Shown here piece by piece: positions 19,885 to 30,192 of a DNA stretch of 64,000 nucleotides. The DNA is from Fibrobacteria bacterium (lineage in GTDB: Bacteria > Fibrobacterota > Fibrobacteria > UBA11236 > JADFYW01), in the NCBI GenBank assembly GCA_965261055.1, contig OZ253440.1, positions 894,301-958,300 on the forward strand, in the 5' to 3' direction. Position 1 is the stretch's first letter. Each line of letters begins with the position of its first letter. Both the position numbers and the translations under genes were made by a program. A model generated the notes under the pieces. It did no database searches and was not told the origin of the DNA. It saw only the letters and a list, made by a program, of their open reading frames with translations.

Positions 19885-21612
19885 CTAGGTGCTTCCAACT
19901 GGTTTTTCAATTTTATGTTTAGGACGCTCTAAAAGCATTGCTTCATAAGGAGCATTTGCTGGAATCATTGGAAAAACATTATCTTCTTTTTCAACTTCAG
20001 CATGAATAATACAAGGACCATCTTGATACTGAATCGCCTCTGTAAGAACTTTTACAACCTCTGCATTACGTTTTATTCTGAAAGATTTAACACCATAAGC
20101 TTCACCCAATTTAACAAAATTAGGATTACCGATTAAATCAACTCCTGAGGTACGATTATCAAAGAAAATATCTTGCCATTGTCTAACCATTCCTAAAAAT
20201 TTATTATCAATTATAATAATTTTAATTGGTAATCTTTGAAGAACAGCTGTAGATAATTCACACAGTGTCATTTGAAAACCACCATCACCAACAATAGTTG
20301 CAACAAGATTATTAGGGCGAGCTAATTGAGCACCAATCGCTGAAGGGAATCCAAAACCCATCGTTCCTGCACCACCTGAACAAATCCATTGACGAGGTTC
20401 ATGAGTTGGGTAAAATTGAGCAGCCCACATCTGATGCTGACCAACATCAACAGTGACAATAGCTTTGCCTTCCGTTAGTTTATAAAACTCATCAATAACA
20501 TATTGAGCTTTTAAACCACCTTGTTTTTTATAATTTAATGGGTAGCTCTTTTTTAGCTTTACACACTTATCAAGCCATTCTTGAGTGTCACCTGCCTCTA
20601 CTAAAGGGTTTAATTCTTCAATCACAAGACGAGCATCTCCAATAATGGAGTAATCTGGTCTAATTGTTTTATTATGTTCAGCTGGATCAATATCAACATG
20701 AATTTTAACAGCATTTTTACAAAATTCGTTAAGTTTACCTGTAATTCTATCATCCCAACGTGACCCAATAGACATAATTAAATCACACTCTATAATTGCA
20801 AAATTAGCATAAGCTGTGCCATGCATTCCTAACATTCCTAAATTTAGTTCATGAGCCTCTGACAAGGCTCCTTTTCCTAATAAAGTATTAACCACAGGAA
20901 TTCGAGTCCGTTCAACCAAAGACTGGATCGCTTTATGAGCTTCAGAAATAATAGCCCCCCGCCCTAACAAAAAGAGAGGTTTTTTAGCTTTCTTTAGAGC
21001 ACGAGCAATCTGTTCTATAATTTGACTATCTCCCTTACTTGGAATAGTATAACCTGGTAAATCTATTTCAACATTGTATTCTGGAACAATCTCAGCAGAT
21101 GAAATATCTTTAGGTAGGTCAATTAAAACAGGTCCTGGTCGTCCTGTCTCTGCAAGATGAAATGCTTCTTTGACAATACGAAAAATATCGTTTGGATCTT
21201 TTACTAAATAAGAATGCTTAACAATAGGGTAAGTAATACCTAAAACATCTGCTTCTTGGAAAGCATCTAAACCTAAATTAGCTGTTATTGTTTGTCCACA
21301 AATAACCACCATAGGAACCGAATCCATGTATGCTGTTAAAATTCCAGTAACAGTATTTGTTGCACCTGGACCAGAAGTCACAAGACAAACACCTGCTTTA
21401 CCTGTTGCACGGGCAAAACCATCCGCCATATGTGAAGCACCTTGTTCATGCCGAGTTAAAACCAAATTGATAGAAGAGTCTATCAAAGCATCAAAAATAG
21501 GGATATTAGCCCCACCAGGATAACCAAATATATGTTCAACACCATGATTTTCTAAACAATCGATTAAAACCTGAGCACCTGTTTTCTTCATTTTATCCAT
21601 TTTCACTACCAT
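19885..21612 (-). CDS. ilvB: Acetolactate synthase large subunit
   Basis: FGYPGG, RHEQGA, TSGPGATN, DVGQHQMWAAQ, GDGGFQM. Confidence 0.97.
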   Translation of the reverse strand: MVVKMDKMKKTGAQVLIDCLENHGVEHIFGYPGGANIPIFDALIDSSINLVLTRHEQGASHMADGFARATGKAGVCLVTSGPGATNTVTGILTAYMDSVPMVVICGQTITANLGLDAFQEADVLGITYPIVKHSYLVKDPNDIFRIVKEAFHLAETGRPGPVLIDLPKDISSAEIVPEYNVEIDLPGYTIPSKGDSQIIEQIARALKKAKKPLFLLGRGAIISEAHKAIQSLVERTRIPVVNTLLGKGALSEAHELNLGMLGMHGTAYANFAIIECDLIMSIGSRWDDRITGKLNEFCKNAVKIHVDIDPAEHNKTIRPDYSIIGDARLVIEELNPLVEAGDTQEWLDKCVKLKKSYPLNYKKQGGLKAQYVIDEFYKLTEGKAIVTVDVGQHQMWAAQFYPTHEPRQWICSGGAGTMGFGFPSAIGAQLARPNNLVATIVGDGGFQMTLCELSTAVLQRLPIKIIIIDNKFLGMVRQWQDIFFDNRTSGVDLIGNPNFVKLGEAYGVKSFRIKRNAEVVKVLTEAIQYQDGPCIIHAEVEKEDNVFPMIPANAPYEAMLLERPKHKIEKPVGST

Positions 21613-21933
21613 AGAACAATTATTAGTTAATAATTTAACAAAAAATGACCTATTTTGTATAATATAAACTCAAAGTAGGTTAGTTTTTAACAAAAAACCC
21701 TTATTTTCAAAATAAAATCCACTCAACATCTCTAAAACTTGTCTAAAAAGATAGTTTTCTACTAAAAATAAAACGACAATGAATTTAATACCAACAGTCT
21801 TATTAGGAAGTTTCTCTAATAAACTAAAAACTAGATTCAATCAAACTTAAAATTGGAGAAACAAGAATAAAATCTTTAGTTTTTGATTTAGAAAAACTCT
21901 ATTTTAAAGATTTTATAATATTTCGACAGCTTT

Positions 21934-22692
21934 TTACTTTTTTAATACAACGAAAAAACCATTACCTACTTTATCATCTACATCTTGGTATTCAACTACA
22001 TTAAAATTAGACACTTTACACAATTCTAAAAAATCTTCTGTTCTCCAAATACACCAATGATGATGATCATCTGTTGTATATCGAATCGCATCATTAGAAA
22101 GCTCTTTGTTTTTTATAAGTTTGTGATTAAACGATTTAATACTAGTTTTATCATGTGTTTTATCATGTTGTTCAATATAATCCTGAATTTGAATTTCACC
22201 ACTGTGTCTTTTTAATAGCTCTTCATAATCTGTTTCTAGCTTATTTACATCAAAAGTTCTTTCCTTATGAGGAACAATCATAATTACAAACCCATCTTTT
22301 TTTACAACCCTTAACCATTCTTTAATTGCTTTGATAGGGTCAAAAAAATGCTCTATAACATGAGAGGAAACAACATAATCTAAAGCACTATCTTTAAAGG
22401 GCAAATCATCTCCCAAAGATACAATATTAACTTTAGCAACAGGAAAACCCTGAGCAAACCACTTCTCTGGAGCATGATTAGTAGTGTAATCTAAATTTGC
22501 ATACCCCCCCGTTTTATCTAATCCAAAAGGATTGTGTGTCGATCCTCCTATTTCTATCCCATTCAACCCATCTAGGTATTGATGAACTATTTTTGATTCT
22601 TTTGCAGGTTTAGGTTTAATAAAAAATAACCTTCTAAAACAATTCTTAATTTTTCTTTTAAGAAACAAAAGTTCCCTAATATTTATATTCAT
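21934..22692 (-). CDS. Class I SAM-dependent methyltransferase
   Basis: GIEIGGS, DLPFKDSALDYVVSSHVIEHF, EWLRVVKKDG. Confidence 0.85.
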   Translation of the reverse strand: MNINIRELLFLKRKIKNCFRRLFFIKPKPAKESKIVHQYLDGLNGIEIGGSTHNPFGLDKTGGYANLDYTTNHAPEKWFAQGFPVAKVNIVSLGDDLPFKDSALDYVVSSHVIEHFFDPIKAIKEWLRVVKKDGFVIMIVPHKERTFDVNKLETDYEELLKRHSGEIQIQDYIEQHDKTHDKTSIKSFNHKLIKNKELSNDAIRYTTDDHHHWCIWRTEDFLELCKVSNFNVVEYQDVDDKVGNGFFVVLKK

Positions 22693-22867
22693 ATTATTCC
22701 TTCTTAATAAGAATTAAATAAATTTATACTCAAAATAGAATTTTTATGTCTAACCTAGTTTAAGTTACTTATTTTAATATAATCTATAATGTATTCATAT
22801 AATTTTCCAATGTTTGGATAGGACAATTCGATGCTAAGCCAAGTCAAAGAAGAGTATTTTCATTTTA

Positions 22868-23332
22868 TCAAATAGAACGACAATCATTCTCATCTTTTGT
22901 TTTTTTAGAATAGCCTTTTTCTTGTCGTTCAAAATTCACTTTATTTTTCTGATAATACACATCAAAAATTTGATTCGCATCCATTCCTGAAACCAAGGCT
23001 AAAGAAATCCAAAAATGAAGTTGGTCTATGATTTCAATTCGGATATTTTGTAAATCTAAAGAATCCTTAGACCACCATTTCCACAAAAGTTCTTCGTCTA
23101 GTTCTCGACTTTCATCATTCATCGCCACCAAAAAATTTTTAAGCCAACGATTTACATTTGAATTTGAATCAACATCACCCTGTGATATTTCCTTTTTGAA
23201 ATCATCCATTTCAAGAATCTTTCCATTAATACCTGTGATATTTCTCTTTTTAAAAATATGATTATTCAATTGAGTTTGCATTTCTAACAATTTTTCAAGT
23301 TTGTCTTGATTTTGATTAATTTCTTGAGTCAT
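22868..23332 (-). CDS. Dimeric all-alpha dUTPase (dUTPase_2 family)
   Basis: Q..LN, DESRELDEEL.WKWWSK, EIIDQLHFWIS, KNKVNFERQ. Confidence 0.85.
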   Translation of the reverse strand: MTQEINQNQDKLEKLLEMQTQLNNHIFKKRNITGINGKILEMDDFKKEISQGDVDSNSNVNRWLKNFLVAMNDESRELDEELLWKWWSKDSLDLQNIRIEIIDQLHFWISLALVSGMDANQIFDVYYQKNKVNFERQEKGYSKKTKDENDCRSI

Positions 23333-23337
23333 AAATT

Positions 23338-23604
23338 TTAGCCTAATTTTTTATTAATGGTTGCAAAGATAAAAGAAGTAATGCTCATCACTAAAAAAGA
23401 GAAAATTACTCTCCAAATCAAATCATTTTCAGCAGTCCCCCAAATAACTAAAAAACAAAGAGTAGAACAACATATTAAAGAAAACATAATTAGAACAAAA
23501 CAAATAAGATTTACTAAATGGACGTTGAGAATATTTTGTATTTTTCCTTGGCTTTCCAGAGTATCAGGTTTATTTTGTTCTTTCATTTGTGTTTCATTTA
23601 GCAT
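23338..23604 (-). CDS. Small two-TM membrane protein
   Basis: Two hydrophobic segments; co-directional between hemL and the dUTPase. Confidence 0.6.
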   Translation of the reverse strand: MLNETQMKEQNKPDTLESQGKIQNILNVHLVNLICFVLIMFSLICCSTLCFLVIWGTAENDLIWRVIFSFLVMSITSFIFATINKKLG

Positions 23605-23644
23605 TACTCAAAGATAATTAACTTGCAAAATTAAATTATGAGAT

Positions 23645-24910
23645 TTAATATATTATTTCCAATACCTTTTTAGCCCTATCTAAAGTAAAATCTAATTCTT
23701 TTTGAGTATGAACATTGGAAATAAAAAAAGCTTCAAACTGCGAAGGAGGCAAATAAATTCCCTCCTGCAACATTCCAGAAAACCACTTTGAAAAAGTTTT
23801 TAAATCACAAGACATGGCATCACCATATGTTTTAACTTGAGTTTGTGTAAAAAATAAAGTCATCATGGATCCGATTCTGTTCACTGTTAAAGGGTAACCT
23901 TTTATCTTAATAATTTCTTGAAACCCTTGTTCAAAATAAGAAGATTTTTCTTCTAGTTCTACATATAATTTTGGTGTTAGATTCTTTAAAGTTTCCAATC
24001 CAGCAGTTGTCGTTAGGGGATTTCCAGATAAAGTTCCTGCCTGATAAACAGGTCCTTCAGGACTTAAGAAAGACATGATTTTTTGAGATCCACCGTAAGC
24101 TCCAACAGGCATCCCACCACCAATAATTTTTCCAAAGGTTGTCAAATCAGGTTTTACTCCATATAACCCTTGTGCAGAAGCTAAAGAAACTCTAAAACCA
24201 GTCATGACTTCATCCAAAATTAAAAGTGACTGATATTGATCACAAAGGTTCCTTAACCCTTGTAAAAAATTATCTTTAGGAGAGATTACACCCATATTAC
24301 CCGCAATAGGTTCTACGATAACCGTTGCTATTTCTTTTTCATATTTTTTGAAAATAGTTTCCACCATCTCAATATTATTATAGTCACAAATTAAAGTATC
24401 TTGATTCACCCCTTCTGTCACACCTAGACTAGAGGGCTGACCATGTATTAAGGTTCCTGAACCAGCATCGATCAAAAAACTATCACCGTGACCATGATAA
24501 CAGCCTCTAAATTTAATGATTTTATTCTTCTGAGTATAACCCCTAGCTAAACGAATCGCACTCATTGTCGCCTCTGTCCCAGAATTAACCATACGAACAC
24601 TATCTATTGAATCAACCAAAGCACACATTCTCTCCGCCCACTCTACTTCTAAAAGAGTACAAGTACCAAAACTCATTCCTTTCGTTAACATGTTTTTAAC
24701 AGCTTCCACAACAGGAGGATATTGGTGCCCTAAAATCATAGAACCCCATGAACCAACATAATCAATGTATTTTTTTCCTTGTGCATTATATAAAAAAGGA
24801 CCTTGTGCTTTATCAATGAAAACTGGATCTAAACCTACAGATTTAAATGCTCGTACTGGAGAATTAACACCACCTGGTATTACTTTTTTGGCTCTTTCAA
24901 AATCGTTCAT
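23645..24910 (-). CDS. hemL: Glutamate-1-semialdehyde 2,1-aminomutase
   Basis: IPGGVNSPVRAF, NSGTEATMSAIRLARG, DEVMTGFR, GKIIGGG. Confidence 0.97.
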   Translation of the reverse strand: MNDFERAKKVIPGGVNSPVRAFKSVGLDPVFIDKAQGPFLYNAQGKKYIDYVGSWGSMILGHQYPPVVEAVKNMLTKGMSFGTCTLLEVEWAERMCALVDSIDSVRMVNSGTEATMSAIRLARGYTQKNKIIKFRGCYHGHGDSFLIDAGSGTLIHGQPSSLGVTEGVNQDTLICDYNNIEMVETIFKKYEKEIATVIVEPIAGNMGVISPKDNFLQGLRNLCDQYQSLLILDEVMTGFRVSLASAQGLYGVKPDLTTFGKIIGGGMPVGAYGGSQKIMSFLSPEGPVYQAGTLSGNPLTTTAGLETLKNLTPKLYVELEEKSSYFEQGFQEIIKIKGYPLTVNRIGSMMTLFFTQTQVKTYGDAMSCDLKTFSKWFSGMLQEGIYLPPSQFEAFFISNVHTQKELDFTLDRAKKVLEIIY

Positions 24911-25669
24911 CTATTTCCCTTTTTCTCTTAATAATTTTAAAAAATCATTCCAATCTATTTTTGAAGAGTAGATGATTTTTATGTGCTGTTGTTGTTTTAA
25001 AGTTAATCTAGAAGATAAAATTCTTAACAATGTATCATGTGCCGAATCACCTAAACAACAATAAGTCACATCTTCAAAAAAACGTTGCTGTTGTTTGTTA
25101 GAAAGCTGAAATACACACTCCCAAAAAGCTTCTACGATAGAACCTGCTGTAAGTAAGACCCAATCAAATTGCTCATAATTTTGAGCTAAATTTTGGAAAC
25201 CTGTTAAATGGATAACAGGACGATATAAAGGGCTATTCTCTAACTTTATATTTTTTTTTTGAAAATCATGAATTGATATATTTGTTTTTTCTGAACAAAA
25301 GTGCAACCAGTTTTGAGAATTTTCCAAAGTTGAATATTCCTTTAAGAAACCTTTCCACGATTTTTTTTTAGAAACATACCCTAATTTAAAACCCATTTTA
25401 TTACAATTTTCTGCAACAAGTTCACTCAATGAATAAACAGAAATATTCTTAAATTTTTTAAACAAAGGGTTAGAAATAAAAGCATTCCATCCTGTTAAAC
25501 TTGAAAAAAACAAACCTTGATAACTTAAAGGATTTTTATCTTTAAATTTATCTTCAATAAACTCAAATGTTATAAAAGGAAACGAAAGCACCTCAAAATC
25601 ATTTTTTTGTAAATCTAGAGTAAACTTATTCGCATATTCTTGAGGTCTAGTATTGAGAATTCTAATCAC
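24911..25669 (-). CDS. hemD: Uroporphyrinogen-III synthase (divergent)
   Basis: RILNTRP start, FSS, LY, LTAGS.V, CLG; abuts hemL. Confidence 0.7.
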   Translation of the reverse strand: MIRILNTRPQEYANKFTLDLQKNDFEVLSFPFITFEFIEDKFKDKNPLSYQGLFFSSLTGWNAFISNPLFKKFKNISVYSLSELVAENCNKMGFKLGYVSKKKSWKGFLKEYSTLENSQNWLHFCSEKTNISIHDFQKKNIKLENSPLYRPVIHLTGFQNLAQNYEQFDWVLLTAGSIVEAFWECVFQLSNKQQQRFFEDVTYCCLGDSAHDTLLRILSSRLTLKQQQHIKIIYSSKIDWNDFLKLLREKGK

Positions 25670-25734
25670 TTTTAATAAAAATTAATACATTTGCAAATAA
25701 CAAAAAATAGCTATTTTCTAACTAGGGAACAACA

Positions 25735-27042
25735 ATGTCTTCAAAATATATCATTAACGGTGGAAACCTACTCAAAGGTACTATTTCTATTCAAGGTGCA
25801 AAAAATGCTGTAACCAAACAAATGGTTGCCTCTTTACTCACTCGTGAAATAATGACTCTTAAAAATGTTCCTAACATTGGGGATGTACATGCCACAAAAA
25901 AAATGATGGAAAGCCTAGGCTCTATATTTGACTGGCAAGGTGACACTTTGACTATAGACAATTCAAATGTCTCTTCATCTACTATTAATGAATGTTTTAA
26001 AAATATCAACCGACTACCTATTCTAATGGTTCCTGGTTTGATTCATCTTTTTAAAGAAGCATCTATTCCCAACATGGGTGGATGTCCTATTGGTGAAAGA
26101 CCCATTAACTTTCACATTGAGTCTTTTAAGAAAATGGGTATTTCTTGTTCTATTGATGAAGAATCTTATAACTTTAAAGCTACAAATATTCAAGGTACTC
26201 ATATCACCCTGCCTTTTCCAAGCGTTGGCTCTACCGAAAACCTACTAATGATGGCAACATTAGCAAAAGGTATTACCGTCATTAAAAATGCAGCTGTTGA
26301 ACCAGAAATTACCGACCTAGTTATTATGTTACAATCTATGGGAGCCATTATCCATCAAGAAACAGATCGTACTTGGGTTATAGAGGGTGTTACAGAAATG
26401 AAAGGCTGTACACACAAAGTGATTTATGACCGCATTGAAGCGGCTTCTTTTGCCGTTTCAGCAATTGCAACCGATGGTGACATTACAATTAAAGGAGCCG
26501 ACCCCTTACATCTACAAAGTTTTTTAAATATCATTCGTAAAGTCGGTGGAGATTATACCGTTTATCCTGATGGAATTCGCTTTTTTAGAAAACAAAAAGA
26601 ATTGCAACCAGTGGCTCTCGAAACATCTGTACACCCTGGCTTCATGACAGACTGGCAACAACCTTTAGTAATTCTTCTCACGCAAGCAAAGGGAATTTCT
26701 ATTGTTCATGAAACTGTTTATGAAAACCGTTTTACTTATGTCAAAGCTCTGAACGATATGAAAGCTAAAATTCAATTATTTAACCAATGTTTAGGTAAGA
26801 CACACTGTCGTTTTGATAATACCCATCATCTACACTCTGGTGTTATTACAGGACCAACAAAATTAAAAGGAACAAAAGTTGACATCCCTGATTTAAGAGC
26901 CGGTTTCTCTTATTTAGTAGCTGCTATTATTGCTGAAGGAACATCTGAACTCCATAACATCGCTTATATTGAAAGGGGCTACAATCAAATTGTTGAAAAA
27001 TTTAAACAACTTGGTGTCACAATTAAAGTTGAAAAAGTTTAA
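25735..27042 (+). CDS. murA: UDP-N-acetylglucosamine 1-carboxyvinyltransferase
   Basis: GAKNA, GGCPIGERP (catalytic Cys present), PSVGSTEN, DRIEA, PGFMTD, DLRAG. Confidence 0.95.
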   Translation: MSSKYIINGGNLLKGTISIQGAKNAVTKQMVASLLTREIMTLKNVPNIGDVHATKKMMESLGSIFDWQGDTLTIDNSNVSSSTINECFKNINRLPILMVPGLIHLFKEASIPNMGGCPIGERPINFHIESFKKMGISCSIDEESYNFKATNIQGTHITLPFPSVGSTENLLMMATLAKGITVIKNAAVEPEITDLVIMLQSMGAIIHQETDRTWVIEGVTEMKGCTHKVIYDRIEAASFAVSAIATDGDITIKGADPLHLQSFLNIIRKVGGDYTVYPDGIRFFRKQKELQPVALETSVHPGFMTDWQQPLVILLTQAKGISIVHETVYENRFTYVKALNDMKAKIQLFNQCLGKTHCRFDNTHHLHSGVITGPTKLKGTKVDIPDLRAGFSYLVAAIIAEGTSELHNIAYIERGYNQIVEKFKQLGVTIKVEKV

Positions 27043-27064
27043 ATATTTTAACAATCAAAATCCC

Positions 27065-29488
27065 CTAACGGTCGAATTCCCAAGATACGCCCCAACGAAA
27101 ATTTAAACCGACAGGGTGTGTTCCTAAGGTTGCTTGATAGCGATCTTGGTTAATATTTTTCATTTGATAATATAAAGTAAATGTTTTTATTTGAAGTTCA
27201 GTAAAAAAATCAATACTATGGTAAGACTTCAGGATAGCAACTTGTGATGAACCTTGATTGATTGAAGCCGAAGTTAAATTTGATAAAGATTTCCAAAGCC
27301 TCCTTTGTCCTACCGATTCCCAATAAATACCTACTTTTAAACGATAATCTCTACTTCTAAGAACTTGATCTTTTTCCCAGAAAAATTGCCCCTTAATTAA
27401 TGAAGGTATTAAACTTGAATTGGAACCTAAATCACCACCTTTTTTGGATTCTATAGAGCTCTTTAAAAGAGCTGTATAGTTTAACAATAGATTCCAATTT
27501 CCTAAAATAAATTCAGAACTAACACTAAAAGTAAAATATTGTAATTTTTTATGATTTTCTAAGCGTAAAGATAAATCATCCTTTACGATTGAGTTCCCTA
27601 AACTAGCAGAAGAAATTTGAGTTGTTAAAATAGGATTTTCAATATCAAAGACATGAAACTCTCCTTGAAAAATCCAAAATAAAGACTGTGAACGATTCCT
27701 TAAAAAAGAAAAAACATCAAATTGCGTTTTGAAAGAAGCTGAACGTTGGGACTCTGAAATTAAAGAGGGATTGGGATAAAAACCTAAAACAGCATTGCTT
27801 ACATATAGATTTTTCCAATCTGGATTTTTTGGTTTTACAGCGAATTCACTTTGAATAAACCAATAAGGAGTTAAAAACCAACGTGTATTAACTTCTAAAC
27901 CAAATGTATGCTCAACAATACCTGATATATATTTTAAAGCTTGAAAATTAGTCCGAAATTCCATTTGAACAGAACCGTGATCTTTTATAAAAGCAACTTG
28001 AGCATTAAATTCACGACGGCAGTAATCTCCTTGAATTAAAAACAATTGATCACTTCTTATCAAATCTGTTTGAAGCGGTATTGTTGTAAAATGACTATCA
28101 TTAGGAATTCTTGTGACATAATTTCCAAAAAGAATGGACTGCTCATAATCTAAATTGAAATTCCATCTCCAATCTTGGCTAATCCACTGCTGATATTTCC
28201 AAGCAATATGTTGTCCCTCTAAATTATAAAAATTATTTTGTAAATTATTGCTAACGTCTAATTGATATGAGACCCTTAACACAGAATCAGAAACTCCCTG
28301 CTGAAGAGTGTCTATAGATGTTGTATTAACATCAAAATGAGAAATGGCTTGTTGTTCTTGATCTGATGAAAAAGCAATCAATTGTAAATAAAAATTTGTT
28401 CTTGCATTTTTCCAAAACCATAAAATACCAAACACTTCACTTCTAAAAGACTGTAACAATAAATTTTCCTGTTCTTGGGAAATTGACCCAATATTAACCG
28501 TGTTATTATTTAAAGAAACAGCATTACTTGAGTTTTTAAAAGATTCCCAATATAATTGGAAACTATTAGAAGAGTTTAGAAACCAACTTAAAGACGGTCT
28601 TAAATGCAATGTTGAAATACTCGGAGAAGTTGCTGAAAAAACAACTGAACTACTATCTCTACCTAAAACATCTATATAAAACTGGTTTACACTGGATTGA
28701 TATTCATAATTTTCACGAGATGAAACTGATTTAAAAATATTTGTAAAAGAAAGATATAAATTAGGAGTCAATGCTCTATTAATTTGAATATCAAAGGAAT
28801 TTAAACCGAATACACCTTGGTGCCAATTTATATAAGTAATTGGAATTTGCTCCCATTGATCTACTACTATTTTTTCTTTAATACTAGAGTGAGTTAAATT
28901 TAAAGATTTTTTATAAGTACTAGGTTGAATCCACCCACCTGTTTTATGAAAAGAATAATGTAAAGCTGGATTTAACGCAGACTTAATTTGAACTTGTCTT
29001 AGGCTTCCTTTTGAATATACTCGATTATAATATGTTGGTAATCCAGTACCTAAAACAAAAAAATCACCTTCTAAACGAAAACAATCTGTATAATCATCAG
29101 ATCTAAATTTGCATTTACGAAGAGGAAATGGTTTCCAACTTTTTGCTGGCTTTTTAAGTTTAGGAATTGATTGCATTGCCTTTATTATAGATAAAAAGAG
29201 GGCAATCTCTATCACAGGTTGTAATTCTTGAATATTTTCCGAACTTACTTGTTTCCGAGTTCTTTTAGATCCCAATTTCCATTTTTTCAAAAACGAAGAC
29301 TCCTGATAAGTATAAGAACTTATGTGCAAAGATTTTACATGAATCCATTTTATAAATTGATCTTGCTGATGAACCTTGATAAGACTAGAACGCCTTTGTG
29401 CTTGGAGTGAAAATACAACTGAAAATAAACAGAAGCATAAAATAATTCGTAAAAGCTGTATCCAACTTAAATAGGCTCTATAAAACAC
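27065..29488 (-). CDS. Large outer-membrane beta-barrel protein (putative porin)
   Basis: Signal peptide (..SLQA-QRR), amphipathic strands, C-terminal FRWGVSWEF signal. Confidence 0.65.
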   Translation of the reverse strand: MFYRAYLSWIQLLRIILCFCLFSVVFSLQAQRRSSLIKVHQQDQFIKWIHVKSLHISSYTYQESSFLKKWKLGSKRTRKQVSSENIQELQPVIEIALFLSIIKAMQSIPKLKKPAKSWKPFPLRKCKFRSDDYTDCFRLEGDFFVLGTGLPTYYNRVYSKGSLRQVQIKSALNPALHYSFHKTGGWIQPSTYKKSLNLTHSSIKEKIVVDQWEQIPITYINWHQGVFGLNSFDIQINRALTPNLYLSFTNIFKSVSSRENYEYQSSVNQFYIDVLGRDSSSVVFSATSPSISTLHLRPSLSWFLNSSNSFQLYWESFKNSSNAVSLNNNTVNIGSISQEQENLLLQSFRSEVFGILWFWKNARTNFYLQLIAFSSDQEQQAISHFDVNTTSIDTLQQGVSDSVLRVSYQLDVSNNLQNNFYNLEGQHIAWKYQQWISQDWRWNFNLDYEQSILFGNYVTRIPNDSHFTTIPLQTDLIRSDQLFLIQGDYCRREFNAQVAFIKDHGSVQMEFRTNFQALKYISGIVEHTFGLEVNTRWFLTPYWFIQSEFAVKPKNPDWKNLYVSNAVLGFYPNPSLISESQRSASFKTQFDVFSFLRNRSQSLFWIFQGEFHVFDIENPILTTQISSASLGNSIVKDDLSLRLENHKKLQYFTFSVSSEFILGNWNLLLNYTALLKSSIESKKGGDLGSNSSLIPSLIKGQFFWEKDQVLRSRDYRLKVGIYWESVGQRRLWKSLSNLTSASINQGSSQVAILKSYHSIDFFTELQIKTFTLYYQMKNINQDRYQATLGTHPVGLNFRWGVSWEFDR

Positions 29489-29574
29489 AATATAAATGTA
29501 GAATTTGAAACAATAAAGTTTGAAATGCTTCCTAATTTTTATTAATTTATTACTTCAATATAAGAGGTTTTATT

Positions 29575-29757
29575 ATGCCACAAATTAAAGGTAAAAGGGT
29601 TGTCGTTACTGTTGAATGTACTGAAGCTCGTTCATTAAATCAATCCCCTTCTCGTTATATGACAACTAAAAATAAATCGTCACAACTAGGTCGTATTGAA
29701 ATTAAAAAATACAATCCAGCTCTGAAAAAACATACGATACACAAAGAAGTTAAATAA
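29575..29757 (+). CDS. rpmG: 50S ribosomal protein L33, zinc-free form
   Basis: ECTE..SRYMTTKNK...IEIKKYNP.LKKHTIHKEVK; only one Cys. Confidence 0.95.
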   Translation: MPQIKGKRVVVTVECTEARSLNQSPSRYMTTKNKSSQLGRIEIKKYNPALKKHTIHKEVK

Positions 29758-29787
29758 CTTTCTTAATCCACTAAAATTTTAACACTA

Positions 29788-30189
29788 ATGCCTTCGATTT
29801 TTTCTAAAATCATCCAAGGTGAAATTCCTTGTGAAAAAATTTTAGAAAACCAAAACTTCTTTTCCTTTTTAGATATTCGCCCTATTAATCCAGGGCATAC
29901 TTTAGTTATTCCCAAATTAGAAGTTGATGAACTATTCTCTCTTACTGATGATTCTTTAGCTAAAATTTTAGTCTTTGCCAAACCAATTGCAAATACTCTA
30001 AAAGAAGTTTTCCCCTGCTTAAGAGTTGGAATGATTGTTGCAGGCTTAGAAGTTCCACACGCACATATCCATCTTGTTCCCATCTATAAAGAGACCGACC
30101 TTAGCTTTTCAAATGCTAAACCAGCCTCCCCAGATCAACTAAAAGAATATGGTCAAAAAATCCGTCAAAAAATCTCTAATCCTCTATAA
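29788..30189 (+). CDS. HIT family nucleotide hydrolase
   Basis: SIFSKIIQGEIP, FLDIRP..GHTLVIPK, HAHIHLVP. Confidence 0.95.
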   Translation: MPSIFSKIIQGEIPCEKILENQNFFSFLDIRPINPGHTLVIPKLEVDELFSLTDDSLAKILVFAKPIANTLKEVFPCLRVGMIVAGLEVPHAHIHLVPIYKETDLSFSNAKPASPDQLKEYGQKIRQKISNPL

Positions 30190-30192
30190 CTT

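Noticed and set aside
25251..25260. T10 homopolymer in hemD as a phase-variation tract
   Set aside because: In frame, encodes a Lys run; long A/T runs are common throughout this AT-rich window
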